A stretch of DNA of 64,000 nucleotides. It comes from Fimicolochytrium jonesii (Eukaryota). The notes below the pieces were generated by a model. That model did not search any database, was not told the DNA's origin, and saw only the letters and a program-made list of their open reading frames with translations. The stretch lies in contig NW_026515702.1 in assembly GCF_025526975.1 (NCBI RefSeq), positions 62,001-126,000 on the forward strand, read 5' to 3'. Of the stretch, positions 1-13,339 are shown one piece after another. The position numbers were made by a program, and so were the translations under genes. Position 1 is the stretch's first letter. Every line of letters starts with the position of its first letter.

Positions 1-198
1 AGTCCTTTCCTAAGTCCAGTCCCCATGTCCAGGAGGGCAGGGGGCCGATGTGGCAATAGGAAGAGCGATACAAAACGCACAAGTGAGCGGCCCCCCGTGA
101 AGTCGCCCTGTGTCGCGTCGCGTGGGGTCCTTCCTATCGCGGCAACCGCCGGCGACGGAGCGAACAACGGCATAGTGGAATCGTTCAAAGAAGGTTCT

Positions 199-218
199 AT
201 CCATCCATCCATCCATCC
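199..218 (+). repeat. (ATCC)n microsatellite just upstream of the STM1 ATG
   Basis: atccatccatccatccatcc; further CCAT units at 270-320 in intron 1. Confidence 0.9.
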
Positions 219-232
219 CCACTAGATCCAAC

Positions 233-2181
233 ATGGAGGTGCTGTCGAGGAACCCTTACGGTAAGGCTTCCATCCATCCGTCCATCACTACGTCCATCGA
301 CAGCAAGTCCCATCCATCCGGCGTCGATTGAGGGTCAGCGGTCAGGAGGTCGACATTGCGAAACGAAGGGCGAGCACTACGCGAAATCACGAGGGAACAT
401 GCATCTGGTTGGAGAGACTGTGATCCTGGAGTAGACAGAGGTCAACGGTGGGGAATTATGGAGTGCTGCGATGCTCTGAGGGTGGGAAAGAAGGAGCAGC
501 CGAGTGCTTGCGCGGAACAGTGGGAGTCGATTGCGGCACCGAGGATTGCATCTGGATTGGAGGGAATGACTGTGATCTCGACCCAAAACACACCTCAACA
601 TGGGGCCGACGCTAAAGACACCTCCTCCCTCCCTCTACAGACCTCCTGGACGACGAGGGTGGCGACGCCCCCGTCGCAAAGGCTTCGCCTGCCAAAAAGG
701 ACGACAAGAAGGCTGCTCCCGCTGCGGCCAAGAAGGACGCTGCTCCCAAGAAGCAGACTGAGAGGGCTCCTCGCAACGAGTACCCCCGTCGTGGTGGAGC
801 TGCTGGCGCTCCCCGTGGTGGTGCTGATGGTGAGTCTCAGAATCCGTGGAGATCATGGGAATTGCTGGATGTTGGGAGAGTGATCGAGGCCGAGCGAAGT
901 CGTTGACAAAGGCGGGCGGAGGCATGACAAAGTTGAGGAAGGGAAGGCCGAGGTAATTGCATCGAGCGACTTTCAGCGAAGTGACGGGCAGGCATCATGA
1001 GCGATGGTGAACGTGGGAAAAATGGGCCATTCGTCGAACGAAGCGAGGTGATTGCATTAAGCGACCGCCTGTTAAACTGCGCCTACGAGCGGCGAGAGCT
1101 CTCGGAAACGCAACGAGCTATGGAAGTTGTGGGATTCTTGCGAACCATTTAGCCCTGGTGGATCGTCTCCTCGAAGTAGCATTGGGTTGTCCGGCTATTT
1201 GCATTTCGGATTCACACACATCGGAAGGAACGCCTCGTCACTCATTTTCTCTCTTTCTTCTTCTCCATAGTTGCTCGCCCGCCTCGTCAGAACCGCGACG
1301 GCGGTGACTTTGAGACTCCCCGTGAACAGCGCGTCGCCGATGGTGAACGCCGTGAGCGCGGTGGATTCCGTGGTGGTCGTGGAGGCCGGGGCGGCAGCCG
1401 TGGTGGCTTCCGTGGTCGCGAATTCGACCGTCACTCTGGATCCGGACGCACCGATGGTGTCAAGAAGGAAGTTGCCGGTGCTGGCTCTTGGGGAAACCCC
1501 TTGACCGCCGAGGAGGAGGCTAAGGTCGATGTCGAGCCCGTCGAAGGGTGCGTTCGCATTGAAGCAGATTTCGGTTTGTTTCGCCTCATTACGAATCTCT
1601 AAACTGGTACCCCTCTCGATAGTGCCGAGAAGAAGGAAGGTGCCGAGACGCCGGTTGAGGAGGAGACACCCAGGGAGCCCGAACCCGAAGAGTCGTACAA
1701 GACGCTCGAGCAATTCCTTGCCGAGAGGACCAAGCCCGCCACCGAGGCCAAGGTGAGGAAGGCCAACGAAGGTGCGGACGATGCTCAATGGAAGAACGCC
1801 GTCCCTCTCAAGAAGGAGGAGGATGAGGAGTTGTTCGCCGATCTCCTCAAGGTAAGAAAGATTCTCAAATTCGATTCACTCAGAATCTGCAAACTAACGC
1901 CAATATTTCTACAGGTGAAGAAGGCCAAAGCCGCCGCCGCCAAGGAAAAGGCACAAAAGACCTTTGTCAACATCGACCAGCGTTTCGCCGACGAAGGCCG
2001 CAACACCTTCAGCCCCCGCGGCGGCCGTGGCGGAAACCGTGGCGGCGAGTTCCGCGGTGGACGCGGTGGAAGTGACAGGAATGGTGGTGCTGGCGGCCGC
2101 GGTGGCCGTGGCGGTCGTCAGTCCGGTGCCGGTTCGTCCGTGAGCATCGAGGACCAGAACGCCTTCCCATCCCTCAAGTAA
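233..2181 (+). CDS. STM1: Stm1/SERBP1-family (HABP4/PAI-RBP1) ribosome-binding RGG protein, 5 exons
   Basis: Exons 233-260, 641-829, 1271-1547, 1623-1851, 1915-2181 with GT..AG introns. Spliced protein has N-terminal NPYDLLDD, RGG tracts, REFDRHSGSGR, GAGSWG, YKTLEQFL and C-terminal IEDQNAFPSLK*. Confidence 0.9.
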
Positions 2182-2656
2182 ATTTAGCACCCTCACCACA
2201 AAGAGGAACCGGTTTATATATCGAACAATCACCCCCGCACTCTTTATCACCTTTATCACCTCCCACGTGTGCGCGAGCATCCCAAAATATAGGGTCTTTG
2301 AGAACCATCCATCAGACTCTTTTTGTGAAATTCGCACCACCCCACACACACCACCCCGGGAACAACCCCCTTTGCATCGAGTCGTATCTTATCTACCCTC
2401 TCGGCAATGAAAAGAAAACAAATATAGGGAAATCACCAGACTTTGAAAGTTTCGAGCTGAGAAGGGTGGGCCTACTCTTCTCATTGTTCGTGAACTCGGG
2501 CCCATATTCAACCTTCGGGGAACAAAACACTATGCCACGAAATGTGACTTGTGCGTTGTGTGTATATTTGCGATGCATACGCAGGCGGGAGATGCATGAT
2601 GAAAGAGGGTCACATAAATCGGTCCAAATGCTTCTAAATACACGTTCTCGTCCACA

Positions 2657-5600
2657 TCACACCGCACCCACCCCACCACTCGGCCCCACCTCAACACTTA
2701 ACCTCGGCGCCCCTGCGACTTGTTCTCCTCCCAAATCCTCCTCACTCCCCGCAGCCGTTGTCAGCGCGTCGTAGTCGACGGACGAAGACGTCGTTTCGTG
2801 CAGGGAGTGCGGGCGCGACGGGTGTGCGTCTTCCCCAGCGTCGTTATCCTCATCCCGTGCATTCCCCGCCAAATCCGTCGCCGACCCCATCTCGGCATCA
2901 CTCCTCCCTCGCAGTTCGTGTATCCCACTTCCACTTTGCTCGGGTTGCTCGCGGGGCACTTCAAACAGCAGCCTCGCGAACCGGATCAGGACCTCGACGA
3001 CGGCGTTCTTGGCGGCCGACTCGGCAAAGTCCAGCTGCGTCTCGGCGTGCGGCGGGCGGAGCAGGGAGGGCCCGAACACGACGCCGAGGTTGGTTGTGTT
3101 CATGAGGTTTTCCGGGGCGTGGAGTTGGATTCTGCAAATGAAAAATGAGTGGGAGTGAAGTGGACCCCCGTGACCACTGCCCCTGTGTGTGTGGCGTGCA
3201 TCCCCCCGTCCAGCGCCATGACCGCACGCCCCCACTCTCCTTTGAACTCACCGATGCAGATGCAGGATCAAATACGCCAAAGTGCTCAGATGCGCCGGCG
3301 GCAGCTTCTTCAACAGCTCGATGAACGCCTTGAGCCGCTCCTCATCATCTTCCGTCCGTTCTAATCAAAGGCCGCAAAAATGAAGGGGGTCAACCGCTCT
3401 CTTCTATATCCTCCCTCCCCCCCCCCCCCCCAATACTTACTAACAACCCCAACCCACTCCCCATACAACCCGGCCCCAAGCAACGGTTCCGGCAACTCGC
3501 GGAAATACTGTTTCAGCGCGCTCGTCACCGCCGCGATATCCACCTCACTGTCCTCAGCCGAGTCGGGGGATGAGAGGATGGTGTAGTCCCCGCGATCCAG
3601 GCACGCGATGATCTTGTTGGTTTGCGTCAACGGGCCGGACTTGCGGTAGATTCCTTCGTAGGTCATGCCTGGGGGATTTTATGCACAGTGAGTGACAGTC
3701 CCCTGAACGTCGTGTGAAGGAAGGGGGGGAGATGTGTTTGGTTGTTTGTTGGGCTGTTTTTTTTACCTCGCATCTCAACGGCGGCGATACACTCCCCCAC
3801 CACGCGCGGCACCACCCCGCCCTCGGCCTCGACTGTGCGTGTGAGGGCGACGCCAAACACCTTGCCTTCGCCCGCCGTCGGCGTCGAGCCGTCTACAGAT
3901 CATATGGATGTCGCACTGTGTCAGACCAAATGGGGAGAACGAAGCGGTCAGGGACGAGGTGCGATCACGGGACGTACCGGCGTGGGTATCCCCCCCGCTC
4001 CCCGCGGGACAGTGCTGGATGATACTCGGCACGCATTTCTGGTGGCAGTGATATCCGCATCCTCCAAAACGAAGGAGAAAGTCAGCAATTCATCCCCCCC
4101 AGCGAATAGACAACCCGTAACACCCACACCCCCCCATGATGCCGTCAAAAAAGAAAAAACTCACTCTCACACCGCAACTCCTTCCCCCAAAGCTTCTCAT
4201 CACACAGATCGCATTTCCGCGGACTCCGATACGCATGGGTTCGGAACGCATGCGGTCCACCGCCTGCTCCGCTGGGGTACGTGAACGATCCGCCTGTAGG
4301 TCGTGAGAGATCGACATCTAAAAAAAACACGCACCATCCGTCATCAGCATCACAGTGATCTCCTACCGGGTTTAGAAGAACGCAAGCATTTCTTTTGTAC
4401 GTACCGCTCTTCGAACTGGCTTTCTTAGCCCCCAACTTGAACATCGCCGACCCGGGGAACCCGTATCCGCCGGGGCTACTCGAACTGGCGGGGGGTGAAT
4501 CAAGGTGGTCGGTGCTCCCCAAGGTGCCGCTGGCCGACAGCGGCTTGTTGGTGCTACTGCTGCTGCTGCTGCCTCCCGCCTGCGGCATCGCTTTCTTCAA
4601 CTTGGTCGTCGTAGCCTTCAAGTTCGTTTTCCATTCCTTTGTCCATTTGTCTTTCTTGTGCTGCTGCTGTTGTTGGGTATGCGGGGTGATTGTGGGGGTG
4701 GGCTCCCCGGACGCCGACCGCTGCATCATCCCCCCCGCCGGCGCCGCAGCGGGGGGGTAATACGCCGCGTGGGAGAGGATATCCACACTCCCCTTCCTGG
4801 GTCCTCTCGGCCGAGCAATCCGTGGGGGTGGGAGGGGTGCCGCCTTGACCGGCGCCCCCATCATCCCGACCCGATCCGCACCCTCCGCACCCTCCTCCAC
4901 CGTCTTTCTCAACTCCTCCATCTCCGGGAACGCCGCCGCCGCATTCGGAGAAAAGAGAGAGGCGTGGGACTCGACTTTATCGAGCATCTCGGCCGAGTCG
5001 ATCAGTTCGCCCGTGATGCGGGTTTGGCGGGCGGTGAGGACGGTGTTTTCTTCGGTTAGGTGGGAGATACCGTCGGTGAGATGTTCGCGGGTGGATTCGA
5101 GGGTGGCGATGTCGGAGCGGAGGTGTGCGCGGTCGGCGTGCAGGGTGGAGAGGGTGTTGGTGAAGCGGGTGTGGAGGGCTTGTAGTTCGCGGGTTAGGTC
5201 GTCGCTGTTCAACCCACAAGAATGTGTTCGTTCAGTCCCGAGTGAATGTGGGAGGTTATGATTTTTGACGGTGGGTTTGTACTTACGCATCCCCCCCACC
5301 CCCCGCCGACGCCTTCGCCGCGTGTTTTTCAAACACTAACCGTCCCACGTCCATCTCCAACTCATCCCTCCTCCTCCCCTCCTCCTCAATCGCCACCCTC
5401 AAACTCTCCCTCTCCCTCCGCATCCCCTCAATCTGCGTGTTTAACGCCTCCAATGTCTCCTCCGCGCGCTCGCGGGCGGCGTCAGCACGGGCCATGTTGT
5501 CCAACTGCTCCTGCAATTTCGCGACGGTGGATTCGAGTTGTTGGCGTTTGAGTACTTCGGCGGTGTGGAGGGATTGGAGTGTGTGGAACTCTTCGACGGC

Positions 5601-6913
5601 TTTGCGGGAGGTTGTCTACCATATACACCGCGTGGTGAGTAAGCGAGAGTGTGGTAGAATGTGAGGATATGGGGATAGGTATCACACCTTGATGTAATCT
5701 AGTGTGGTCTCACAAGCAGATAACTGCCTACTCCGTTCCTCCAGCTCATGTTCTAGCTGCATCACGTACTCGTTTGAGCTGATTCCTGGTTGTTCGGTTA
5801 GTGCCGACACGTAGGAGTTGTTCGATGGGTCTAATTCCGAGAGAACGGGGGGTAAGAACCCCAAGTAACCGCGCAGCGCCCACCGAATGTACGCAAAGTA
5901 AGTGATACCCGCTCTTCCTCACCTCTCTTCAACCCCTGTCCAGCATTCGCAGTCGCAGTCGCATTATTCGACGCTATTGCAGGCGCGGCTTTATCGGGCA
6001 GGGTCTGAACTGCATCCTTCACTCGGGGCGACGCCACCGACTGCACCGAGCTTCGTGCGCTCGCCCTCGTTTCAGTGTGACACGACGGACATAGGAGTCT
6101 CTACATGGGCGAAGATGGGCTGCACTGTTTAAGGCATGCCTTCCCCCAGAAGATCGAGTATTCTCTCGCGTGAAGTTGGAGGTGGATGCTCACCCCATTG
6201 ATGTGGAAGAAGCGCAAGTCCTGAATTGGGCGCGCGCATGAGGAGCAGTTGAAGCAGTGCGTGTGGTATGTGTCGTTGCCGGTTGTTATCGCTTCTTCCA
6301 AGATGGGGTTGCCGCATCCTTTGCATTTGTACGAGCAGTTTACACATATCGCCTGTGCGAGTGAAGGGAGGGAAAACGGGTCAACCATCGGTGTCAATGT
6401 CTCATGCGTGCAATGAGCGATGATGGGTGATGGATGGGCGATAGTTGCAGCAATGCGCTGCTCGCTCCGCCCGCGACGAGGATGTTGGGCTGCGGTGGAC
6501 AGCTTCGCTGAGGCTCGCTAAGAGCCGTGATTAGGGATATTGCGCCTGTGGCGCAAAGGAACTCGCTCCCGTGCCTGCGGCAGAGTCCTCAAGCACCGTC
6601 CTCGCGGCCGCTCGAATTTCCAAGCATCCTTGCGCCTCCCAGCGCTCTCTTTCTCCTCGCTATCGCCCGGGCCCCTCCCCCCCTCTCGCACCCATACCTT
6701 CCCGTCCTCGCCGACGAGCACGACACTATTCTCATAGTCGATGGGTGTCCTACAGTTATTACAGTTGAAACACCCGGAGTGAAAGTAAGCGTCACTGAAA
6801 TTGATCAAGTTCCCTCCGTCGGCGTCTGTTATTAGTTTGTTGCAGCCTGCACAGTGTTGTTGGGGTTCGTTGGGGGTGTTGTTGTTTGGGGGTATGCCTT
6901 GCGAGTCGGCCAT
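2657..6913 (-). CDS. Rho GTPase-activating protein with 2 LIM domains, coiled coil, C1 domain and RhoGAP domain (Rga1-like), multi-exon
   Basis: LIM: CAGC..FHSGCFNCNNC and CKGC..YHTHCFNCSSC. C1: HAFRTHAYRSPRKCDLCDEKLWG. RhoGAP: EGIYRKSG, ALKQYFRELPEPL, NLMNTTNLGVVFGPSLL. ATG 6913; intron 1 at 6353-6697; stop 2657. Confidence 0.92.
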
Positions 6914-7386
6914 TCTTGCGTAAGGGAGTGACAAGCGAGGGAGCAAAGGGGAGTGAGTGAGTGGAGGGGCTCCTGGAGCTCAGCTCTGCGCAAGGGGCGT
7001 AGGTTCTTGGGGGGTTGTTTGTGACTGCGATGGGAGCCACGATGGGAGGGGGGTTTTGCGGCGGGCGGGCGGCGTGGAGGGGGCGAGGGGAGAGGCCAAG
7101 CGAGCCGAATGGAAACTGTGAGCGCGCCGTGTTTAAACGCGCAAGCATCGTGTGTGAAAACTGATATCCAACCGTGTGGTGTGTGTGAGATATCGAGCGG
7201 ACGCGTGATGGACGCTCTCTGATAGTAATAGACTATTCTCATCTCCGCGTGACGGCGGTGGTGGTTTGAGATGTTCTCTTGTATCTCTCTCCACACAAAA
7301 AGACACAAAAACATGGTTGGAAAAACGCACTCCAGACAAGAACCAAAAAACCCAACACACGGCGGTCCCCCGGAAAAAAAAACCAC

Positions 7387-9652
7387 TCACAACCCCCTCC
7401 TCGTCCCCCCCGCCTGCCTCAAACTCCCCACGCCCACCCCCGCCGCGCCCCCCATCTTCCCCCCAACCACCAAGCTCCCCCCATTGACGCCCCCACCCAG
7501 CGACCCAGCAATGCCCTCATGCGCCTGATAGCTGAACCCCACAAACTGACTCTGCACGTCCTCGCCCAGATGCGCGCTCCCTTCAACCAGCGAATCCTGC
7601 GGGATCTCAGAGGTGAACTCTTCGTCAAAGTTGGACGTGTCCGTTGCGGAGAGGACGTTGGGCCGGAAGGGCGGCGGGATCTTGCGCGCTAGGAGGCGGG
7701 ACCAGTTGGTTTCGGAGAAGAAGGGGTGCCGTTTGATGGCGTCCGCGCCCGTGGTGCCGAGGCGGCGCGTGGGGTCGCGATCGAGGAGCTGTAAGTCGGG
7801 GGACGGCGAATGCGGTTAGGTGGGTGTGATGAAGAGGTTCGTCGGTTGATTAAAGCCAACGCTCGCACCGGTGACCGTACCTGGCTTAACAGATCCCTGG
7901 CGACGGGACTCACATCATCGGGAAACACCAACTCCTGGCCCAAGATCTTCTTATACATCTCGTTCGTATTCTCGTCGTAGAACGGGGGCAGGCCAGTGAT
8001 CATCTCGTACAGCAGGATCCCGATTGTCCACCAATCCACCACTTTCGTGTATCCTTGCCCCAGCAGAAGCTCGGGCGCGAGGTACTCGGGCGTGCCGCAG
8101 AACGTGTTGGTCTTGTTTCCGTCTTTCATGTTCAATTTGCAGAGTCCAAAGTCGCACAGCGCGATATGGCCGGTGAAGTCGAGGAGGATGTTTTCGGGCT
8201 TTAGGTCTCTGGAGGTCATCAGAGGGGGGAGTGAGTGAGGTGAAGTAAGACGTGTTTTGCATGGTCAGGAGGGTGGGGGGGTGAGGGCAGAAACACACAC
8301 CTGTAGATGATGTTATACCCATGCAAACACTCCAACGCACACAACAACTCGGCAACATAAAACCTCGCCCTATCCTCCGTAAACCTCCCCTCCTTCTGCA
8401 AATGATGAAACAGCTCGCCCCCATTCACAAACGCCAAGACCAAATACAATTTATCCGGCGTCTGGAATGAGAACTTCAAGGGGACAATGAACGGATGGTT
8501 CAATTTCGCCAGCACGGTGCGTTCGGCGAGCGTGTGCGCCACCTCGGCCCGCTCGACAATGTGCGATTTGCGAAGGATCTTCATGGCGTAGATGCGGTTC
8601 GTGTCGCGTTTGCGCACCTGCATGACTTTGCCGAAGGAGCCTTTGCCAATGACTTTGAGGAGCTCAAAGTCGTCGATTGTTAGGGATTTGTTTTGCTGGG
8701 GGGACAAAATCATGAGGGGTTCACCGGAAATGTGAGATTTGAGTAGTGTGATACGCGGTTACTTACCACCTGCTTCTTGAAATGGAACTGCAGATGCAGC
8801 TCCCCGGCAACCGTCGGCGCGCCCTCTCCGTCGCTCTGCAAGGGGTACCACTGGTCCTGCAGTTTTCCGTCGATCAACAGCGGTTTGACACGTACGCTGC
8901 CAAGGAGAACGTCCTGCCCTTGCGTTGTACCCCGTTGCAGCACCGAAATGGTCACTTCGGCTTCGCGCGATACGTCGCTGTCAAATAAAAGTGAAGGAAT
9001 GCGTGAGTGGGTGTGTCCATCGTCCATCGTGCCATCCATCCTCCGTGACGGAGAGCCGATCGTCAGCGAATGGTCGCTGGAGAGCAGCTCGCCGGTGCTC
9101 GCTGGGAATAAGTGACGGGAATCTTGCGCCTTTAGCGCAATGTACACCTGACTGGCGTCCGTCCTCGCAAGCGCTCCATACTACAATGGGCTCGCTTGCG
9201 CTCGCACTCTCTCTCGCCCGCGTACGCATTTGCGAAGGTCGCGCTCGCAACCGCACAAACTCCCATCCCAAAATCAATCGCGGGGGTACCTACAAATTCG
9301 CGCGATGACCCCAAACCACGGTCCTACTCCCGGGATTCCCCTCCTTCGCCGGCACCATGATCTCATTCTTATCAAAATCAATCACACAATACGGCAATCT
9401 CGTGATATCCGCTCCCACGCCCGTCCCAATCTGCACCGCCGCGCCGCCATTGGGATACACCAGATTCCTGGCCTCCACAATCCGAATCAGCAGTAAACCC
9501 GACCCGCCGAGTTGCGAGGATGCCGGGTGGGAGATGGCCCCGGCGCCGGTCGGGGGTGTGGATGTGCCGGAGGTGATGTTGGGCGCGGGAGAGGGCGCGG
9601 AGGGCGGTGGAGGAGCCGCGGCGGGCTCTGTGGACTTTTTGCCTTTGAACAT
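7387..9652 (-). CDS. YPK1: AGC Ser/Thr kinase, Ypk1/Gad8 family (C2 + kinase + AGC C-terminal tail)
   Basis: FELLKVIGKGSFGKVMQVRK, RDLKPENILLD, DFGLCKLNM, TNTFCGTPEYLAPE and hydrophobic motif FVGFSY; N-terminal C2 (LPYCVIDFDKNE); intron 1 at 8978-9293. Confidence 0.95.
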
Positions 9653-10990
9653 GGTTTGAGGCGATTGAGGGAGATTGCTGGTGCGTGTTGGCGAAGTGCC
9701 TTGGTTTCTCGAGTCCGCTATCTACCGTGCTGTGTCGAAGGTTGTCCTTTGTTGCAATCGAAACAATGCGAAACGCTGTTCTTCAACTTTCTATATCGCG
9801 GAAGATGGCCGGCACTGGGAAGGGCTGCACTTCGACAAATCGTTCGCAATTCCATTCAAGCGACAGCCTCCTCGCCGATATGGTTTTTCGATGCTTTCGA
9901 AGCATATTGTTGTCGTTTACGTATCGGTTGTGAAATTCCTTCTATTCCGTGACTATATTTGGGATGCTGGCGAGACACGTAACTTTAACTCTGAGATGCC
10001 GAGGGATGACTAATCCTGCAGTTGGTTTGGCCAAGGATGGCACATCTTTGATGCAGGTCTCACTGACGCCGACTTCGTCCTTGTTGCTAGTGGAGAGTTG
10101 CGGATATCCCGTTGCGGAAAACCCGGCCCAAAGTCAACAAAATGGTTAAAGGTCAACACCCACGTCGTCTTGTTACCCACGCCCATTTGACAGTAACCGT
10201 CATTTTCCATCGGTGAATGATCATCTTTCACGTATGCAAGTTCCCATGGTTGCAAGGAGAACGTACAAACATACAGTACACCAGAAATTCTGTGAAACTA
10301 GGAGATCACACGGAAGCCGACACAAGGGGAAAATCGTCTATCCAGCTACTTCCCACAGCACGGCAATCTGGGATGAGGGTGGGAGGGGGAGTTGCCGCCG
10401 CCGGGGTCTTCTTCCGAGCACAGCGGCGGCTGTTGTAACCCCTTCACGTACTGCCCTCATGAAGACCCCAGAGTGTGATTCCTTGGGAGCCCCTGCTTGC
10501 CGTTTGTGCGATTTTGTCTGCACACGAGTGGAATCGGTGCAGAGAGGTACTTTTTGCTCAAAGACAGTTGTCCAAGCTACTCAGTGCCCCTTCCAGGCAC
10601 AACAGTAGATCTATGGGAATTGGACGCGGATAGATGTGGGTGCGGAGAGCAACCTCGGGAAGGGTGCGATCAACATTTCCCATATTCTTGTGTCTGAGGA
10701 CAAATGCTCCACGGATATTCGGTTCTTTTTGGCGGTGTGTGAGCTTTAGAAACTTGCTGCGTTTGCGATGGCTACTCCGCAATCGCTTCCCCCCTCCATC
10801 CAGGGGATTCCAGGCGATGTACGCGTACACTCCCTCAGAGATCTTCTCGGTGTTTCTTATCCCCCCAGAACACAGAATCAGGCCACAGAGAAGAGTGGGA
10901 CGATGTGTGGGCCGGTTTTTTGGATGTATTTGACAGAGGGTAAAGAGGAAAGGTACAGTGGTGTGCGATTCTAAGTGTGGGGATGATGAT

Positions 10991-12028
10991 TCAAATGAAG
11001 CCGATCTGTAGAACACAACGAGAGGAGAGTCTAGTGTTAGTTCAATCGTGTCCGCACACGGTCAATCACACCATCTCCTCACATACACACAGCCCCCCTC
11101 GCTCAAACGCGCGCTCGTCCCTCCACACCGCCCGCACATACCTTGTTAGCAACGTCCAACGCATCGACATCCGCACTCAGCCTAACATAAGCCTTCTTCT
11201 TCCCATCCGGCCTAATCAGCGTATTCACACTCGCCGCCTCAACATCATATAACCGCTTCACTGCGTCCCGAATCTGCCTCTTGTTCGCCCTCACATCGCA
11301 GATGAACACCAGCGTGTTGTTGTCCTCGATCTTCTTCATGGCCGACTCGGTGTTGAGCGGGAACTGCACGACCTTGTAGGCATCGAGCGTGGGAACGCGC
11401 GGGACGGAGCGGCGGGGGTACTTCGGCGACCGGGGGAGACGGAGGGTTTTGGGACGGTAGAAGTGGGTTTTTGTGCGGATTTTGTGGGTGTGTTTGCCGT
11501 TGGTTCCTTTCAGGGCGGCCTTTTTGGCCGTGGTGGCTTTGGCCGTGGCCGCGGTCGTGGTGGCTATTGGGGAAGAAAGTGGTGAGATGATGGAAATGGA
11601 AAATCGGAGGTGGTGGGTTGACCATCGGCTGCCGCACATATGGTAATTCCCATATCTGAAAGGATCGCATCTCCGCCCGCTCAAATTCCGCCTCAGCTCT
11701 CCCAGCTCTCCAAATGGTCCAAACGACGAGGTTCCTGTCTTCGCCAACCCAGATTCCCACAGTCGAGTCGTGCGATTGCTAATTCCTACTTTCGACCCGC
11801 CACTATTCACAACCTGATCTGCTCCTCCCCGACTCTCCGCTCGAAACTCCTTCCCCACAGTCCTGCCGATCCAGCCCCCACCCCGTCGCATGTCGTCCTG
11901 CCACCCATTCCGGCCCCTCTTGTCGACTTCCCAAAAACGAGCAGCGATTCCCTCTGCAGGGCCGTGTCCCCAAAAATTTGACCGCCAACAGCGGGTGACA
12001 GCTACGTACTCTTAGCCTTGGGAGCCAT
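10991..12028 (-). CDS. RPL25: 60S ribosomal protein uL23 (L25/L23a)
   Basis: Exons 12028-12010 (MAPKAK), 11563-11142 and 11005-10991 (IGFI*); [35 protein letters not shown]. Confidence 0.97.
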
Positions 12029-12193
12029 TGTTGTGTTGCGCTTCCTGTGTCCTGTGAAGGGTGTTAGTGTAATTGCCTCCTCCGGTTTGGCTGAGCAGAG
12101 ATTGAGGGTGTGGTTTAGCAGCGGACGAAAAGAAACGATCGGTCACGTGACGATCAAGAATGGGCAGGGAAAAGGCAAAAAGAGAGGTAATTG

Positions 12194-12265
12194 GGGCTCG
12201 GCCGGGAATCGAACCCGGGACCACCCGCACCCTAAGCGGGTATTATGCCACTAAACCACCGAGCC
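12194..12265 (-). tRNA. tRNA-Pro (anticodon AGG), copy 1
   Basis: 72 nt. Acceptor GGCTCGG/CCGAGCC; D loop TGGTTTAGTGG; anticodon arm CCCGC-TTAGGGT-GCGGG; T loop GGTTCGATTCC; T-run downstream. Confidence 0.97.
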
Positions 12266-13339
12266 TTGGATGTTTTTGAGTCGGAGTATACTGCCCACCA
12301 ACCATAACCTAATCTAGATCACCTGTCGCTCGTCTCACTTGAAATGAGACCGTTGCGGGAGCTTTCTGGGAGCTTGACATGTTCGACATCTGTGCCTTGC
12401 TTTCCCACCAACTCGTCTGGGAACAACTTTCGGTGGGAAGACAACCCCACTCGGCACTCTCAGTTACTATCAGCTACCACGACATAGAGCCCGGGAATTT
12501 CCGACACCGGTGCGACTTCCTCACGCCATCGACGCTTCCTCCATCTCCTTCGAGAAGTGAGGCAGAGAACCTTGATTGCGGGCATAGATCAACTCGAACC
12601 CATAGAGAGCCGGGACGTAAGTATGGGAGATGTCGAGAGTTTTTCAGGACGGGTATCCGCGGGATATGAGGGACAGGATGTCGGGGAATTGTTGATCTGA
12701 CGTTTCGGGTCTGTACAATCGCGTGCGTTGCCCTAAGCGAGATTCTGCTGCCTGGTGTGAGAGAAGGAGAAAGGTCCATAGACTGTCTTGGCAAGATTGT
12801 GGTGTGTTGTCAGGCTTTTGAAGGCATATACGGAGCGTAGGCCATGAAGGACGGGTGAAGGGCTTTCCACATAATGTACGTATAAACTTGTTTTGTTGTT
12901 CTCCCGTTCGTCTATACTCCCCCATGCACTCCCTTCACCTCTCTGCCTGCCTTTTTGTCTGCTTTGCACACTGTTTTGTCAACTCCTCATTCACCCATGT
13001 GTAACGGTATATCTATTTTTCTCTTTGTGCAATAGTGCTTTCATCAGAAGACTTCTGAATCAAACTGTCTACCCATGGACGAATGCTGCTGCTCAAGGAA
13101 TGGAGCGGACAATTGTGATAGGGTTGGGATGCAGAGAGTTGTGGAGGTCGGGGTGGCGAATTAGGGCCGCCAGGGGAGGCATCCGAATGTGGGGCAAGGA
13201 AACCCGTGCTGTATTATCATGGCACTTACCCCGTCTTCGTTCCGCCCACAGAAACTGAAATCCATACTGGACTGTTTTTACGTGGTAACATACCAAGCAT
13301 ATTGCCTATTCCGGAGATCTTTTCGGTGAACCAGGAAAC

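Noticed and set aside
12191..12194. Genomically encoded CCA on tRNA-Pro
   Set aside because: The first C is the discriminator base and the trailer is CAA, not CCA.
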